DNA of 42,932 nucleotides. Source: Opitutia bacterium (GTDB taxonomy: Bacteria; Verrucomicrobiota; Verrucomicrobiia; Opitutales; T3Sed10-336). A program made the position numbers and the translations under genes. Under the pieces are notes generated by a model. The model was not told the origin of the DNA. It saw only the letters and a list, made by a program, of their open reading frames with translations, and made no database searches. The stretch lies in NCBI GenBank assembly GCA_003566375.1, contig PXDN01000107.1:1-42932 (forward strand), in the 5' to 3' direction. Shown here one piece after another: positions 19,847 through 28,934 of this stretch. The number at the start of each line of letters is the position of its first letter. Position 1 is the first letter of the stretch.

Positions 19847-21490
19847 ATGACAGCCTCCATCCGCACCTGGCTTTCCTCCTCACTGGTCCGCCATTTCCCT
19901 TCCACTCCCGCCGGTCGCAACCGCGCTCTGCGGATCGATACCGCCCGCAACGAGCGGTTCAGCTTCCAAGTCGTTTTTCGGTATCCGTCCGGTCCCGACA
20001 AGCCGCTGCCAAATCCGGTGCGGGTTTCCCTGAAAATCTCCCCACCGAAATTCTGGGAGGTTCGCGTCCGCCGGGTCGGTTACGTGCCGGTCCGCCACCG
20101 CAACTGGTTGGCCACGCGGGAGGAGTCCGACGGCTACGATTTGCTGCCCGGCTTTGTCCCCGATCCGCTTTTTGAGGAAACGGAGCTGCTCCTCCCCCCG
20201 GAAGAGACTCACGCTTTTTGGATCAGCGTGAAACCGCGCGGACGGGGGGCGCCCCCGGGGCCGCACACCCTGACCGTGGACTGCCTGGCCGGGGACCGGG
20301 TTCTGCGCACCCACACCGTCAACGTTGAGGTGGCCGATCTGCGCCTGGGCAAGCGAAAGGATTTCCGGGTGACGCACTGGTTTTACTGCGACGCCCTTTT
20401 GGAATTTTACCAGCTGCGGCCCTTTGAGGAACGGTTTTGGGAAATCCTCGAGCGCTACTTGAAGAACCTGGCCGACCACGGTCAGGACACCCTTTACGTG
20501 CCGCTGCTCACCCCGTCGCTCGACGGGATCAAGCGCCCCACCCAGTTGCTCCACGTCACCCCGCGCGGGCGTTCGTGGCGGTTGGGCTGGGACGCGGTCA
20601 AGCGGTTTGTCGAAACCGCCCGGCGGGCCGGCTTCACCCATTTCGAATGGCCGCACCTCTTCACCCAATGGGGCTGCGCCAACGCCGTGGCCGTCTACCG
20701 GGGGCACGGCGAAACGGAGGACCCGTTATGGCCCTTGGACGAATCGGCGGGCTCCCCGGTGTATCGCAAATTTTTGGACACCCTGCTGCCGGAGTTGCAT
20801 GCGTTTCTCCAACGGGAAAAATTGCTCACGCGCTCGTTCTTTCACCTTTCGGACGAACCCCGCCAGGAGCATTTGTCCAATTACCAGGCCGCCCGCGCCA
20901 TGGTGCGGGAGATCGCTCCCTGGATGAAGGTCATGGACGCGCTGTCCGACATCACCTTCGCGCGGGAAAAGGTCACTGACATGCCGGTGGCGGCGGTGAA
21001 TCACATCATGCCGTTTTTGGAGGAAAACCTTCCTTGCTGGGCCTACTACTGTTGCAGCCAGCGCGGCCCCCACCTCAACCGCCTGCTCGACACCCCCCTG
21101 CCCAAAATCCGCATGAACGGCTGGCTCTTCCACCGCTGGCCGCTCGGCGGCTTTTTGCATTGGGGAGCCAACTACTGGTTCCAGCGAAGCTCGCGTTCCC
21201 TGGCCGACCCCTTCACCACCTTGGACGCCGGGTCCTGGCCCAACTGGCCCGCCGGCGACCCGTTTCTCATTTATCCCGGACCGGACGGCCCCATCGACTC
21301 GATCCGCTGGGAAGTTTTTGGCGAAAGCCTGGCGGACATGGCCTTGCTGCAAACGGCGGGAGTGGCCGGAGACGACCCTCTCCTCGCCTCCCTGCGCAGC
21401 TTCGCCGACTTCCCTAAATCCGAAGATTGGATACAGCAGACCCGCCGCCGCCTTTTGCGTGCCCGCCCCGCCAAGTCGGGGAAACGGTGA
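19847..21490 (+). CDS. DUF4091-domain protein, GH123-like glycoside hydrolase
   Basis: ARNERFSFQV, PG..PDPL, AFWISV, HLSDEP acidic pair, WAYYCC, GFLHWGANYW, AGDPFLIYPG.DGPIDSIRWE...E...D (DUF4091-like C-terminus). No signal peptide seen. Confidence 0.78.
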   Translation: MTASIRTWLSSSLVRHFPSTPAGRNRALRIDTARNERFSFQVVFRYPSGPDKPLPNPVRVSLKISPPKFWEVRVRRVGYVPVRHRNWLATREESDGYDLLPGFVPDPLFEETELLLPPEETHAFWISVKPRGRGAPPGPHTLTVDCLAGDRVLRTHTVNVEVADLRLGKRKDFRVTHWFYCDALLEFYQLRPFEERFWEILERYLKNLADHGQDTLYVPLLTPSLDGIKRPTQLLHVTPRGRSWRLGWDAVKRFVETARRAGFTHFEWPHLFTQWGCANAVAVYRGHGETEDPLWPLDESAGSPVYRKFLDTLLPELHAFLQREKLLTRSFFHLSDEPRQEHLSNYQAARAMVREIAPWMKVMDALSDITFAREKVTDMPVAAVNHIMPFLEENLPCWAYYCCSQRGPHLNRLLDTPLPKIRMNGWLFHRWPLGGFLHWGANYWFQRSSRSLADPFTTLDAGSWPNWPAGDPFLIYPGPDGPIDSIRWEVFGESLADMALLQTAGVAGDDPLLASLRSFADFPKSEDWIQQTRRRLLRARPAKSGKR

Positions 21491-21508
21491 TCCCGCGTTT
21501 GGCAACAT

Positions 21509-23230
21509 TCAAAACAGACTCCATAACAATAACAGCAGCACCACGAGCACGATGGCGGTGACCTCCCGGCGGCGCAAAAAGGCTTCGCTGCGGCTCATTC
21601 CAGTATGAATCTTGGAAAGGAGTCCCCCCCCCTCGACGGAAACCGGATGGTTCGATTTCCGATGAGCGTATTCAGAAGCTGAAAGACCAACGGGACGTAT
21701 CCAACTCGCCAAAGAAGAAACCACTTCACCGGGTGGAATGGATAATACTCCATGATGGCGAGCCCAAGCCTGTAATCCAAGCAACAGCAAGACACCGGCC
21801 ACAACTGGCCAAGCAGCATCAACCCACGCGGCCAAAATGGGTTTCCCTTCGGGTTTGAGCCCAAACCACGCAATCATCAAAGGTGGCACAAGCAAGGCCA
21901 CTGCCACCGATACGGACCAGGGAAGCCATGGCGGCCGGGCGGGGGACGAAGCTTCACCGCCGCAAGTCGTTTCGTTCAATCGTCGGAAAACGAGCACCCC
22001 AAAACGCCCCATCAGCGCCACCGTTCCCACTGCCGAAACACCGAGCAACACCCCAAGTGCCAAAGAAGGCCCCGGAGGCAACACCATGACATATGCGGTT
22101 GACACCGCGGATTTGACTGTCGCTCCAGCGGTCAAAGGGGCTCCGGCAATGGCAAAAGCCGGCAGGGCCAAACCGACCAATAGCCAATGGCGGTGCTGGA
22201 CGGGCGAATGGTTGGATGCCAGCAAAGCGGTTCCGAGAAAAAGAGATCCTTTGGCCAAACCGTGATTACAAGCGTAGTAAAAGACGATTAAAATCACCGT
22301 GGTCCTCAATTCAGGGGCGCTGAAGCCGAGACCAACCACGGATAACATCACTCCCATTTGGCTCACACTGGAATAAGCCAACACCGTTTTCGGTGACTGT
22401 TGCGGTAATCCCAAGACCACCCCGAAAACAGCGGTGGCCATGCCCAAGCCAATCATTGTGGTCCCCCACCCGGCTCCTCCCACAGCCACCGGCAAAAACA
22501 AAATCCACCCGAGGAGACCGGCCTTGATCATGGTTCCGCTCAAAACCGCACTGGCGGGAGCCGGAGCCACCGGATGGGCCAATGGCAGCCAAAAATGCAG
22601 AGGAATAATTCCGGCTTTTACTCCAAAACCAGTTAAAACCAAACCCGTGATCCAGTTTCGATAAGGTGAATCGACAGCGGCCCCTCGCAGGTCGATGATG
22701 GAAAGACTTTCCGCATCAAAGGCGGCCAACAGAAACGCAACCAGAATCATGGCCTCGGCCATCACCGCCAGATAGAGATAGATCCTCCCAGCCCGGCGGG
22801 CTTCCGGGGTGGCTCTCTCCACCACCAGGCCGTAGGCCGAAAAGGTCATCAGGGCAAAAAAACTGTAGAACGTAATCACGTCCATGGCCAGGATCAGACC
22901 AAGGTTGCCGGTCAAAGCCAGGTGCCAAAAGAAGGTGAACCGTCGTTGCCCGCTCTCCACCCTCGCCAATGCGGCCGCCATCCAACCAGCCAAACACCAC
23001 AGCAAGGCGGAGAATGCGAGAAACGGCGCGGTGGTAGGCGTTAAGCCCAGTTGGCTCTCGAGCAAAACCCATTCCAAAACAACCGGCTCCCATCCGGTAT
23101 CCGCCAAAACCGAAAAGACCAAGGCCGGCAAGGGAACAAAGGGCATCAGTTGCCCAGAGACTTTTGGATGGCGAACGGCCAGAGCCGCGGCAAACAAAGG
23201 AAACAGGATCAGGAGGATAATCCACATCAT
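21509..23230 (-). CDS. mrpD: MrpD/HyfB-like proton-conducting membrane subunit (D3', paralogue of 27198-28934)
   Basis: KAGIIPLHFWLPLAHPVAPAPASAVLSGTMIKAG, LAYSSVSQMG, NHGLAKGSLFLG; start overlaps the upstream stop. Confidence 0.88.
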   Translation of the reverse strand: MMWIILLILFPLFAAALAVRHPKVSGQLMPFVPLPALVFSVLADTGWEPVVLEWVLLESQLGLTPTTAPFLAFSALLWCLAGWMAAALARVESGQRRFTFFWHLALTGNLGLILAMDVITFYSFFALMTFSAYGLVVERATPEARRAGRIYLYLAVMAEAMILVAFLLAAFDAESLSIIDLRGAAVDSPYRNWITGLVLTGFGVKAGIIPLHFWLPLAHPVAPAPASAVLSGTMIKAGLLGWILFLPVAVGGAGWGTTMIGLGMATAVFGVVLGLPQQSPKTVLAYSSVSQMGVMLSVVGLGFSAPELRTTVILIVFYYACNHGLAKGSLFLGTALLASNHSPVQHRHWLLVGLALPAFAIAGAPLTAGATVKSAVSTAYVMVLPPGPSLALGVLLGVSAVGTVALMGRFGVLVFRRLNETTCGGEASSPARPPWLPWSVSVAVALLVPPLMIAWFGLKPEGKPILAAWVDAAWPVVAGVLLLLGLQAWARHHGVLSIPPGEVVSSLASWIRPVGLSASEYAHRKSNHPVSVEGGGLLSKIHTGMSRSEAFLRRREVTAIVLVVLLLLLWSLF

Positions 23231-24726
23231 TTGGCATAGACCCTTTCCGTGATTTGCACCGCCAAATCAAGCGGACTGAATGGCGAGGCGGCAAAAAGCC
23301 CCACCGCCAGCGACAGTGCGGCCGTTACCAAAGCGGGGATGAGCAACAAGCGTGAGGTTTCGGCAAAACGAGCGACCTTTGCTGGAGCCCAGGGCTTGGC
23401 CGGTTTCCGAAACCACCCAATGTGTAGGATGGGCAGGAAATAGGCCGCGTTCAGCAGGGTGCTGGCCACCAAAACGCCGACCACCCATGTCTGCCCGGCG
23501 GACAGCGCCCCGGTTCCCAGATACCATTTACTTATAAAGCCCGCAGTGGGCGGCACCCCGATCATTCCAAAAGCCGCCACCGTGAAGGCGGCCATGGTCC
23601 ACGGCATTCTCCTCCCCACTCCGGCCAGCTCGTCAATATGGTGAATGCCCAGGGTTTCGGCAAAATTTCCCGCGCAAAAGAAGAGGGTGATTTTCATCAA
23701 ACCCTGGTGCACCAAATGGACCAAGCTCCCAATGGTCGCCACCGGACCGAAAATCGCCACGCCGAGCGCGATGTAGGAAACCTGGCTAATGGTGGAATAA
23801 GCCAGCCGGCGTTTCAAATCCCGCTGCGCGAGCGCGCGCGCCGAACCGTAAAGAATCGTTACCGCCGCCAAAACCGCCAACGGAGTCAACAACCCCGCCT
23901 CATTGGCAAAATGAACGCCGTAGACATCTTGCACCAAACGCAGGATCCCAAACGCCCCCGCCTTGACCACCGCCACGGCATGCAGCAAAGCACTGACCGG
24001 CGCGGGCGCGATCATGGCCACCGGCAACCAACCGTGCAGCGGCACCAGGGCGGCCTTCACCCCGAAAGCCAGCACGAACACGTAAAACAAAATGGTGAGC
24101 TGAACGCCGTTTTCCGCGGCCAATTCCCGGATCACGAGGATGTCACCGAAATCAAACGAGCCGGCCAGCGAGTGCAGCCAAACCACCCCCAGAAACAGGG
24201 CCGCCCCGCCGGGCATGGTGTAAAGCAAATAGGTGCGGCCGGCCGCCAGGGTTTTTTTGGTTCCCCGATGCACGACCAGCGGATAGGTCGTCAGGGTCAA
24301 AAACTCGTAGAAGATGAAAAATGTGATCAAGTTTCCCGCCAGGGCGATGCCGACGCTGGCGGTGACGCACAAACTGAAAAACCCAAAAAACCTTTTCCGG
24401 TTGGGCGACCCTTCCAAGTAGCCGATGGCATAAAGCGTGGTTAAAAACCAAAGCACGCTCGAAAGGGTGAGAAAAAAGAGCGAGAGCAGATCGACCCGCA
24501 GCAGAAAATCGAACCCCGGCAGAATTTGGTAGCGAACGTCGAACGAGTGATCGTGCCACACCACCCCGTAAAAGATGAAGGCGACCAGAGCCAGTTTTAT
24601 CAGGGCCGCGCCGATGTTGACCGCCTCGCGCAACCGCCGCGCCCGTTCGTCGATCAGGAATATAACCAGCCCGGCCACCAGCGAACTGGCGATGACCAAG
24701 ACCGGAAGCCAGCCACCGCCGCTCAC
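23227..24726 (-). CDS. mrpD: MrpD-family antiporter subunit (D2', paralogue of 28931-30433)
   Basis: FFIFYEFLT, KAALVPLHGWLPVAMIAPAPVSALLHAVAVVKAG, LKRRLAYSTISQ, HQGLMKITLFF, GFISKW. GTG start at 24726 (AGGAGG 7 nt upstream, GTGA overlap). Confidence 0.92.
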   Translation of the reverse strand: MSGGGWLPVLVIASSLVAGLVIFLIDERARRLREAVNIGAALIKLALVAFIFYGVVWHDHSFDVRYQILPGFDFLLRVDLLSLFFLTLSSVLWFLTTLYAIGYLEGSPNRKRFFGFFSLCVTASVGIALAGNLITFFIFYEFLTLTTYPLVVHRGTKKTLAAGRTYLLYTMPGGAALFLGVVWLHSLAGSFDFGDILVIRELAAENGVQLTILFYVFVLAFGVKAALVPLHGWLPVAMIAPAPVSALLHAVAVVKAGAFGILRLVQDVYGVHFANEAGLLTPLAVLAAVTILYGSARALAQRDLKRRLAYSTISQVSYIALGVAIFGPVATIGSLVHLVHQGLMKITLFFCAGNFAETLGIHHIDELAGVGRRMPWTMAAFTVAAFGMIGVPPTAGFISKWYLGTGALSAGQTWVVGVLVASTLLNAAYFLPILHIGWFRKPAKPWAPAKVARFAETSRLLLIPALVTAALSLAVGLFAASPFSPLDLAVQITERVYAK

Positions 24727-26177
24727 GGCGCGCCCTCCTCCGGATTCCATTCCATGCGGACTTCATCGGTTTGCCCGAGCAGTTGCATCGGTTCGCTGAC
24801 CCGCAGTCCCATCAGCACGGATGCGGCGGCCAAGGCCAGCACGGTGGCTTCCATCAATACCGGCGGCTTCCTTACCGTGGCGAAGCCGACTTTGGCTTGA
24901 AAGGCGTAAGATAAAATGAGAAACGCGTAGGCCGCGGTGAGCAAACTCCCGGCCAGCAGGACCGGAGCCCACCACCATTGGCCACTCTGCAAGGCCGCGC
25001 TCAGCAAAAGCCATTTCCCAATAAAGCCGCCGCTTGGAGGGAGACCAATCAAACTGACGCAGGCCAGGGTGATCGCCAGCGTTGTCAAAGGCAGGTGCCC
25101 GGCCAACCCGTGCATGTTTCGAAGTTTGTCACTGCCCAACGAATACACAATCACTCCCGCTCCCATCAGCAGCGCGGCCTTGGCGGTGGCGTGGGCCATG
25201 GCTTGGTAAATACCGCCGGTCCACGCGGCGGCGGCCCAGGAAGACCCGGCATACCCGGTGAGCAAAGGTATCAAAATCAAAAGGTACCCCATTTGGCTGA
25301 CGGTGGAATGGGCAATGATCAACTTCAACCTGCGTTCGCGCAGGGCATGGACGGCTCCCCACAAGATACCCGCCGCTCCCAATGCGCCGATGAAAGCGGC
25401 GGCGGCTTGGGTCGCCACGGTTGGCAACAAATCAAACCAAATGCGCACCACGGCAAAAAAAGGTCCCTTGACCACCAACCCCGAAAGCACTGCTCCCGCC
25501 GATCCAACCGCAATGGCGTGCACCGCCGGCAACCAGTAATGCAAAGGAAATACCGCCGCCTTCACCAACAAACCGAACAAAAGCAATACCGCCGCCCAAG
25601 AGGTCATGGCGGAAGGCTCCAGCAATTCCCGCAATTCACCCATGAATAACGTGCCGTAAACGGCATGCAACCAGGCAATCGCAAATAAAAAAAGCAGGCT
25701 GCCGGGCAGGCGGATGAGAAAATAGCGGCGGGCGAGCACCAAGGCCCGGCGGGAACCGGACAACACCACCATCCCCACCGCCGCCCCCCCCACCAATTCC
25801 ACGCCGATGAACATGGCCAGCAAATGCTCCGACAAAAAAATCGTGTTCAACCCGGTTAACAAAACCAGCCATGACGGCCAAAATCCTGGTGGAATCGGGC
25901 CATTGCCATGAGGCTGCCGGTGACCCTTGGCGTGCAGTGCGATCACCAGCCCCGTGCATGTTGTCGTTCCGATGAAAAGCGCGCTGAGACCATCCGCCTT
26001 CAGCAATCCCCACCACGCCATTTCCACCTCCCCGGATCGCAATATGCCTCTCGCCAGCGCGGCCGTGAAAACCGTGTTCGCAACTGTCGCGGCAATGGTT
26101 ATTTCGGCCGCCCGATGCCGCCACAAAACCACGGCCAGCAACCCCATCAACGGCCCCAAAATCAAAGCCGTGATCAT
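24723..26177 (-). CDS. mrpD: MrpD-family antiporter subunit (D1', paralogue of 30430-31962)
   Basis: FIGVELVG, KAAVFPLHYWLP.VH, LSGLVVKG, LKLIIAHSTVSQMGY, AHATAKA, GLPPSGGFIGKW. Confidence 0.9.
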   Translation of the reverse strand: MITALILGPLMGLLAVVLWRHRAAEITIAATVANTVFTAALARGILRSGEVEMAWWGLLKADGLSALFIGTTTCTGLVIALHAKGHRQPHGNGPIPPGFWPSWLVLLTGLNTIFLSEHLLAMFIGVELVGGAAVGMVVLSGSRRALVLARRYFLIRLPGSLLFLFAIAWLHAVYGTLFMGELRELLEPSAMTSWAAVLLLFGLLVKAAVFPLHYWLPAVHAIAVGSAGAVLSGLVVKGPFFAVVRIWFDLLPTVATQAAAAFIGALGAAGILWGAVHALRERRLKLIIAHSTVSQMGYLLILIPLLTGYAGSSWAAAAWTGGIYQAMAHATAKAALLMGAGVIVYSLGSDKLRNMHGLAGHLPLTTLAITLACVSLIGLPPSGGFIGKWLLLSAALQSGQWWWAPVLLAGSLLTAAYAFLILSYAFQAKVGFATVRKPPVLMEATVLALAAASVLMGLRVSEPMQLLGQTDEVRMEWNPEEGAP

Positions 26178-26608
26178 CAGGAGCCATCCTTCCCGCTTCC
26201 CGCATCGCCGTCACCCCGCGCCGCGCCAAACAATTTCCATCCCCAGACGGTCATTACAGCGATCCCCAACCATCCAACCGCGGCAATGGCAACCCCCTCA
26301 GCGTCCCAACGCCAGCCAAGCAACAGAACTATTGCCGCCGCCGCCATGAGATGCACTCCGGCCAAACGCCAACCCAACCGGTTGGCCAGCACCTCCAAAC
26401 CATACCCGGTGACGAACATAACGGAAGCCACCAACCCCACCAACTGTTGCCTCAGGGCGGGATCGGATTCTTGGGGATGGGTTCCCATCGCCCAAGTCCA
26501 TGCCACCGCCAGCACGCCCAGTGATAGCACAGAGGCCAGGCGAAACCCAAGCGGAAAGCTGAAACCGGAATTGGCGTCATTGGTTCGTTCGATCATGGCT
26601 GGTTGCAA
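26177..26608 (-). CDS. Hypothetical ~4-TM membrane protein, possibly a divergent MrpB (MnhB) domain
   Basis: Four hydrophobic segments; TGATG overlap with the downstream mrpD; faint similarity by eye to the MnhB half of 32254-33342. Start at 26608 (TTG) or 26596 (ATG). Confidence 0.6.
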   Translation of the reverse strand: MQPAMIERTNDANSGFSFPLGFRLASVLSLGVLAVAWTWAMGTHPQESDPALRQQLVGLVASVMFVTGYGLEVLANRLGWRLAGVHLMAAAAIVLLLGWRWDAEGVAIAAVGWLGIAVMTVWGWKLFGAARGDGDAGSGKDGS

Positions 26609-26687
26609 CCTGTTGTTGAAACAGCCTGCTTACAATATGCCGGCTTGGCAATGAAAGCCGAAGTTCCCAATGCTTTCCGGGAATGAC

Positions 26688-27158
26688 TCAGTGGCAACAG
26701 GTCTTGATCCTGGCCTCGAGTTCCCGCAAGTTGCCCTGCACGTCAAGCGATTGATCCAGAACATGAACGATCAAAGCATCATCGCCTACGGACAACGTGG
26801 CCGTGCCCGGCAGCAGGCTGATGCACCAGGCGAATAATGCTTTCTGGGCCTCGGAGGTGTCGGTCTTGAATTCAGTCACCGCCGGATTCAGTGGCATCGC
26901 CGGGCTGAATGCCCGCCGGGCAACATCCCAGCCACCGATTATGGCGTGGCGCAGGAACCACGGGACGAATGCCAGACAACCAGAGGGCCGTAACCGCCAG
27001 GACCCGCGTGGCAAGACGTAAAGACTGGTGATGGTGGCCAAAATCACTATCGCGGCCACCATTAAAGGTTCATCGAAATCAGCTGCGGAAACAATCGTCC
27101 ACAACAAAGTGAACGCCAATAACCGAAAAGAGATGGTTGCAAGAAATATTTTATTCAT
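26688..27158 (-). CDS. mrpE: Na+/H+ antiporter subunit E
   Basis: LLWTIVS, GGWDVARRAFSPAMPLNPAV, ISLLPGT, LIVHVLD. Start placed at MNKIFL with GAGG upstream. Confidence 0.9.
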   Translation of the reverse strand: MNKIFLATISFRLLAFTLLWTIVSAADFDEPLMVAAIVILATITSLYVLPRGSWRLRPSGCLAFVPWFLRHAIIGGWDVARRAFSPAMPLNPAVTEFKTDTSEAQKALFAWCISLLPGTATLSVGDDALIVHVLDQSLDVQGNLRELEARIKTCCH

Positions 27159-27197
27159 ACCCTCGATGCCAACAATTCTGCATGCTGCCCTCACCGG

Positions 27198-28934
27198 CTA
27201 ACCGCGCAAAGTGAAAATAAAAATCAACAAGGTGATGAAAAACGCGATGCCAACACTGTTCCAGTGCCCGAGATGGCGCTCGCCACTGTCGGCAAGAAGG
27301 GCGTTTTGTTCGATCCCCAGCAAACGGTGCAGGTTTTTTTCCACGTCAAACACCCTTCCGGCAAGCAAGGGCTGGATGCGGCCCCGCCACGTTCGCAGGA
27401 TTGCGCGGCCCAGCCATTCAAACAGCACCACCCCGTCGCCGGGCGGTATGACGGGTACCTTGCGGGCCGGCTTGGCGCGGCGGGCCCAATGCCAACCGAA
27501 CAACAACCCGGCGCCCAGCAGAATGGGCGCCGCCGCCGCAACAGCTTTTTCCAAATCCAAGGCGACTGGATAATCCGGCAACAGGCGCATGAACCAACCA
27601 CCGGTGCCGACCAGCAGGATACCCAGCAATGACAACCATGCCCCGGTCTGCCATGGCCTGCCGGGAACGGCTTGGGTCTCATGGGGCTTTTGGGCGCAAA
27701 GGTAAAGAAACCTTCCCAGCAAGAGCGTGGTGAAAAACGAGGACGCAACCAGCAGCGCGGGCAACCAGTCCGCCAGTCCGGAAGACGCCAGCGGCACCGC
27801 GTCCTTCAACGCGCCCTTGGTCAGGGCGCCTCCGGTCAACGGCAAACCGGCAATGCTCAACGCGGCCAGCGCCAACCCGGCCATAATCCATGGACGGGCG
27901 CGGATTCCGCCCGCCTGCGCCACCCCCACCCCAAGGAATAAAGCCCCCTTGGCGATACCATGATTCCAAGCATAGAGCGCGAGCGCCGGCAGCAGCCATT
28001 CAACCGGTGCGCCGGCGGCGTGGCAGAGCGCGAAAAACACCGTCAAAACCCCCATCTGGCTAATGCTGGAATAGGCGAGGTTGGTTTTGGCATCGGTTTG
28101 AAAGAGTCCGATGAGGACCGCGCCAAAAGTGGCGGCAAGCCCCAAAACCGCCAGAGGCAAAATCCACCCCGGCGCGCCCCCTTGCAGCACCGGGGAAAAG
28201 TGCAGCCAGCCCAACAAGCCGGCCTTTAACATGGACCCGCTGAGGATGGCGCTGGCGGGAGTCGGTGCCACCGGATGAGCCAGCGGCAACCAGAAATAGA
28301 GAGGCACGATTCCGACCTTCACACCAAAACCGGCTATGGCCAACGCATAAATGGGGGTGCGCCATTCGTCCTGCCAAACCCCCTCCGCCATCTCAGCCAA
28401 GTTGATCGAACCGGAAACCGAAACGGCGGCGTAAATGGCGGCGATCAGCAACAGCTCGCCAAAGATTGCCATGATTAAATAAATCTTCCCGGCGCGCAGC
28501 GCATTTGCGGAACGGCTGTGGATAACCAATCCATAGGCGGCAAAAGTCATCAGGGCAAACAGCGTGTAAAAGCCGGCCGCGTCCTCGGCCAATATCAGAC
28601 CGAGGTTTCCCGCCATCGATAACAGGAAAAAGCACCGGAAAGTGGCCACCCGGGGCTGCCCCGCGAGGTTGCCGGCGGCAAAAAAGCCTCCGGTTGTCCA
28701 GAGCACGGCCGCCAGTGCCAGCAAGATCCGACGGGGGGTATCGAGGCCAAACTCCACCACGAGCAATACGCCGTCAAAAGACTGCGGGCCCGGCGCGACC
28801 CAGCCAAAACCGAGCGCCAGCGCGGGCAAGCCCGCGCCCCCGCAAAGCAACGCGGTCACCCAGGGGCTCTCCGGCCGCCAGCGCGAAAAACCGGCCAGCA
28901 GCATGGGCAGCAATATGACCGAAACCCACATCAT
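27198..28934 (-). CDS. mrpD: MrpD/HyfB-like proton-conducting membrane subunit (D3)
   Basis: KVGIVPLYFWLPLAHPVAPTPASAILSGSMLKAG, LAYSSISQMG, NHGIAKGALFLG. Start at MMWVSV (ATGA overlap with upstream stop). Confidence 0.88.
   Translation of the reverse strand: MMWVSVILLPMLLAGFSRWRPESPWVTALLCGGAGLPALALGFGWVAPGPQSFDGVLLVVEFGLDTPRRILLALAAVLWTTGGFFAAGNLAGQPRVATFRCFFLLSMAGNLGLILAEDAAGFYTLFALMTFAAYGLVIHSRSANALRAGKIYLIMAIFGELLLIAAIYAAVSVSGSINLAEMAEGVWQDEWRTPIYALAIAGFGVKVGIVPLYFWLPLAHPVAPTPASAILSGSMLKAGLLGWLHFSPVLQGGAPGWILPLAVLGLAATFGAVLIGLFQTDAKTNLAYSSISQMGVLTVFFALCHAAGAPVEWLLPALALYAWNHGIAKGALFLGVGVAQAGGIRARPWIMAGLALAALSIAGLPLTGGALTKGALKDAVPLASSGLADWLPALLVASSFFTTLLLGRFLYLCAQKPHETQAVPGRPWQTGAWLSLLGILLVGTGGWFMRLLPDYPVALDLEKAVAAAAPILLGAGLLFGWHWARRAKPARKVPVIPPGDGVVLFEWLGRAILRTWRGRIQPLLAGRVFDVEKNLHRLLGIEQNALLADSGERHLGHWNSVGIAFFITLLIFIFTLRG

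Noticed and set aside
21624-21632. C9 homopolymer (and C8 runs at 25784 and 31896) as phase-variation switches in Mrp genes
   Set aside because: The runs are short, encode Gly codons in intact frames and are unremarkable at this GC content; no read data are available to show slippage.
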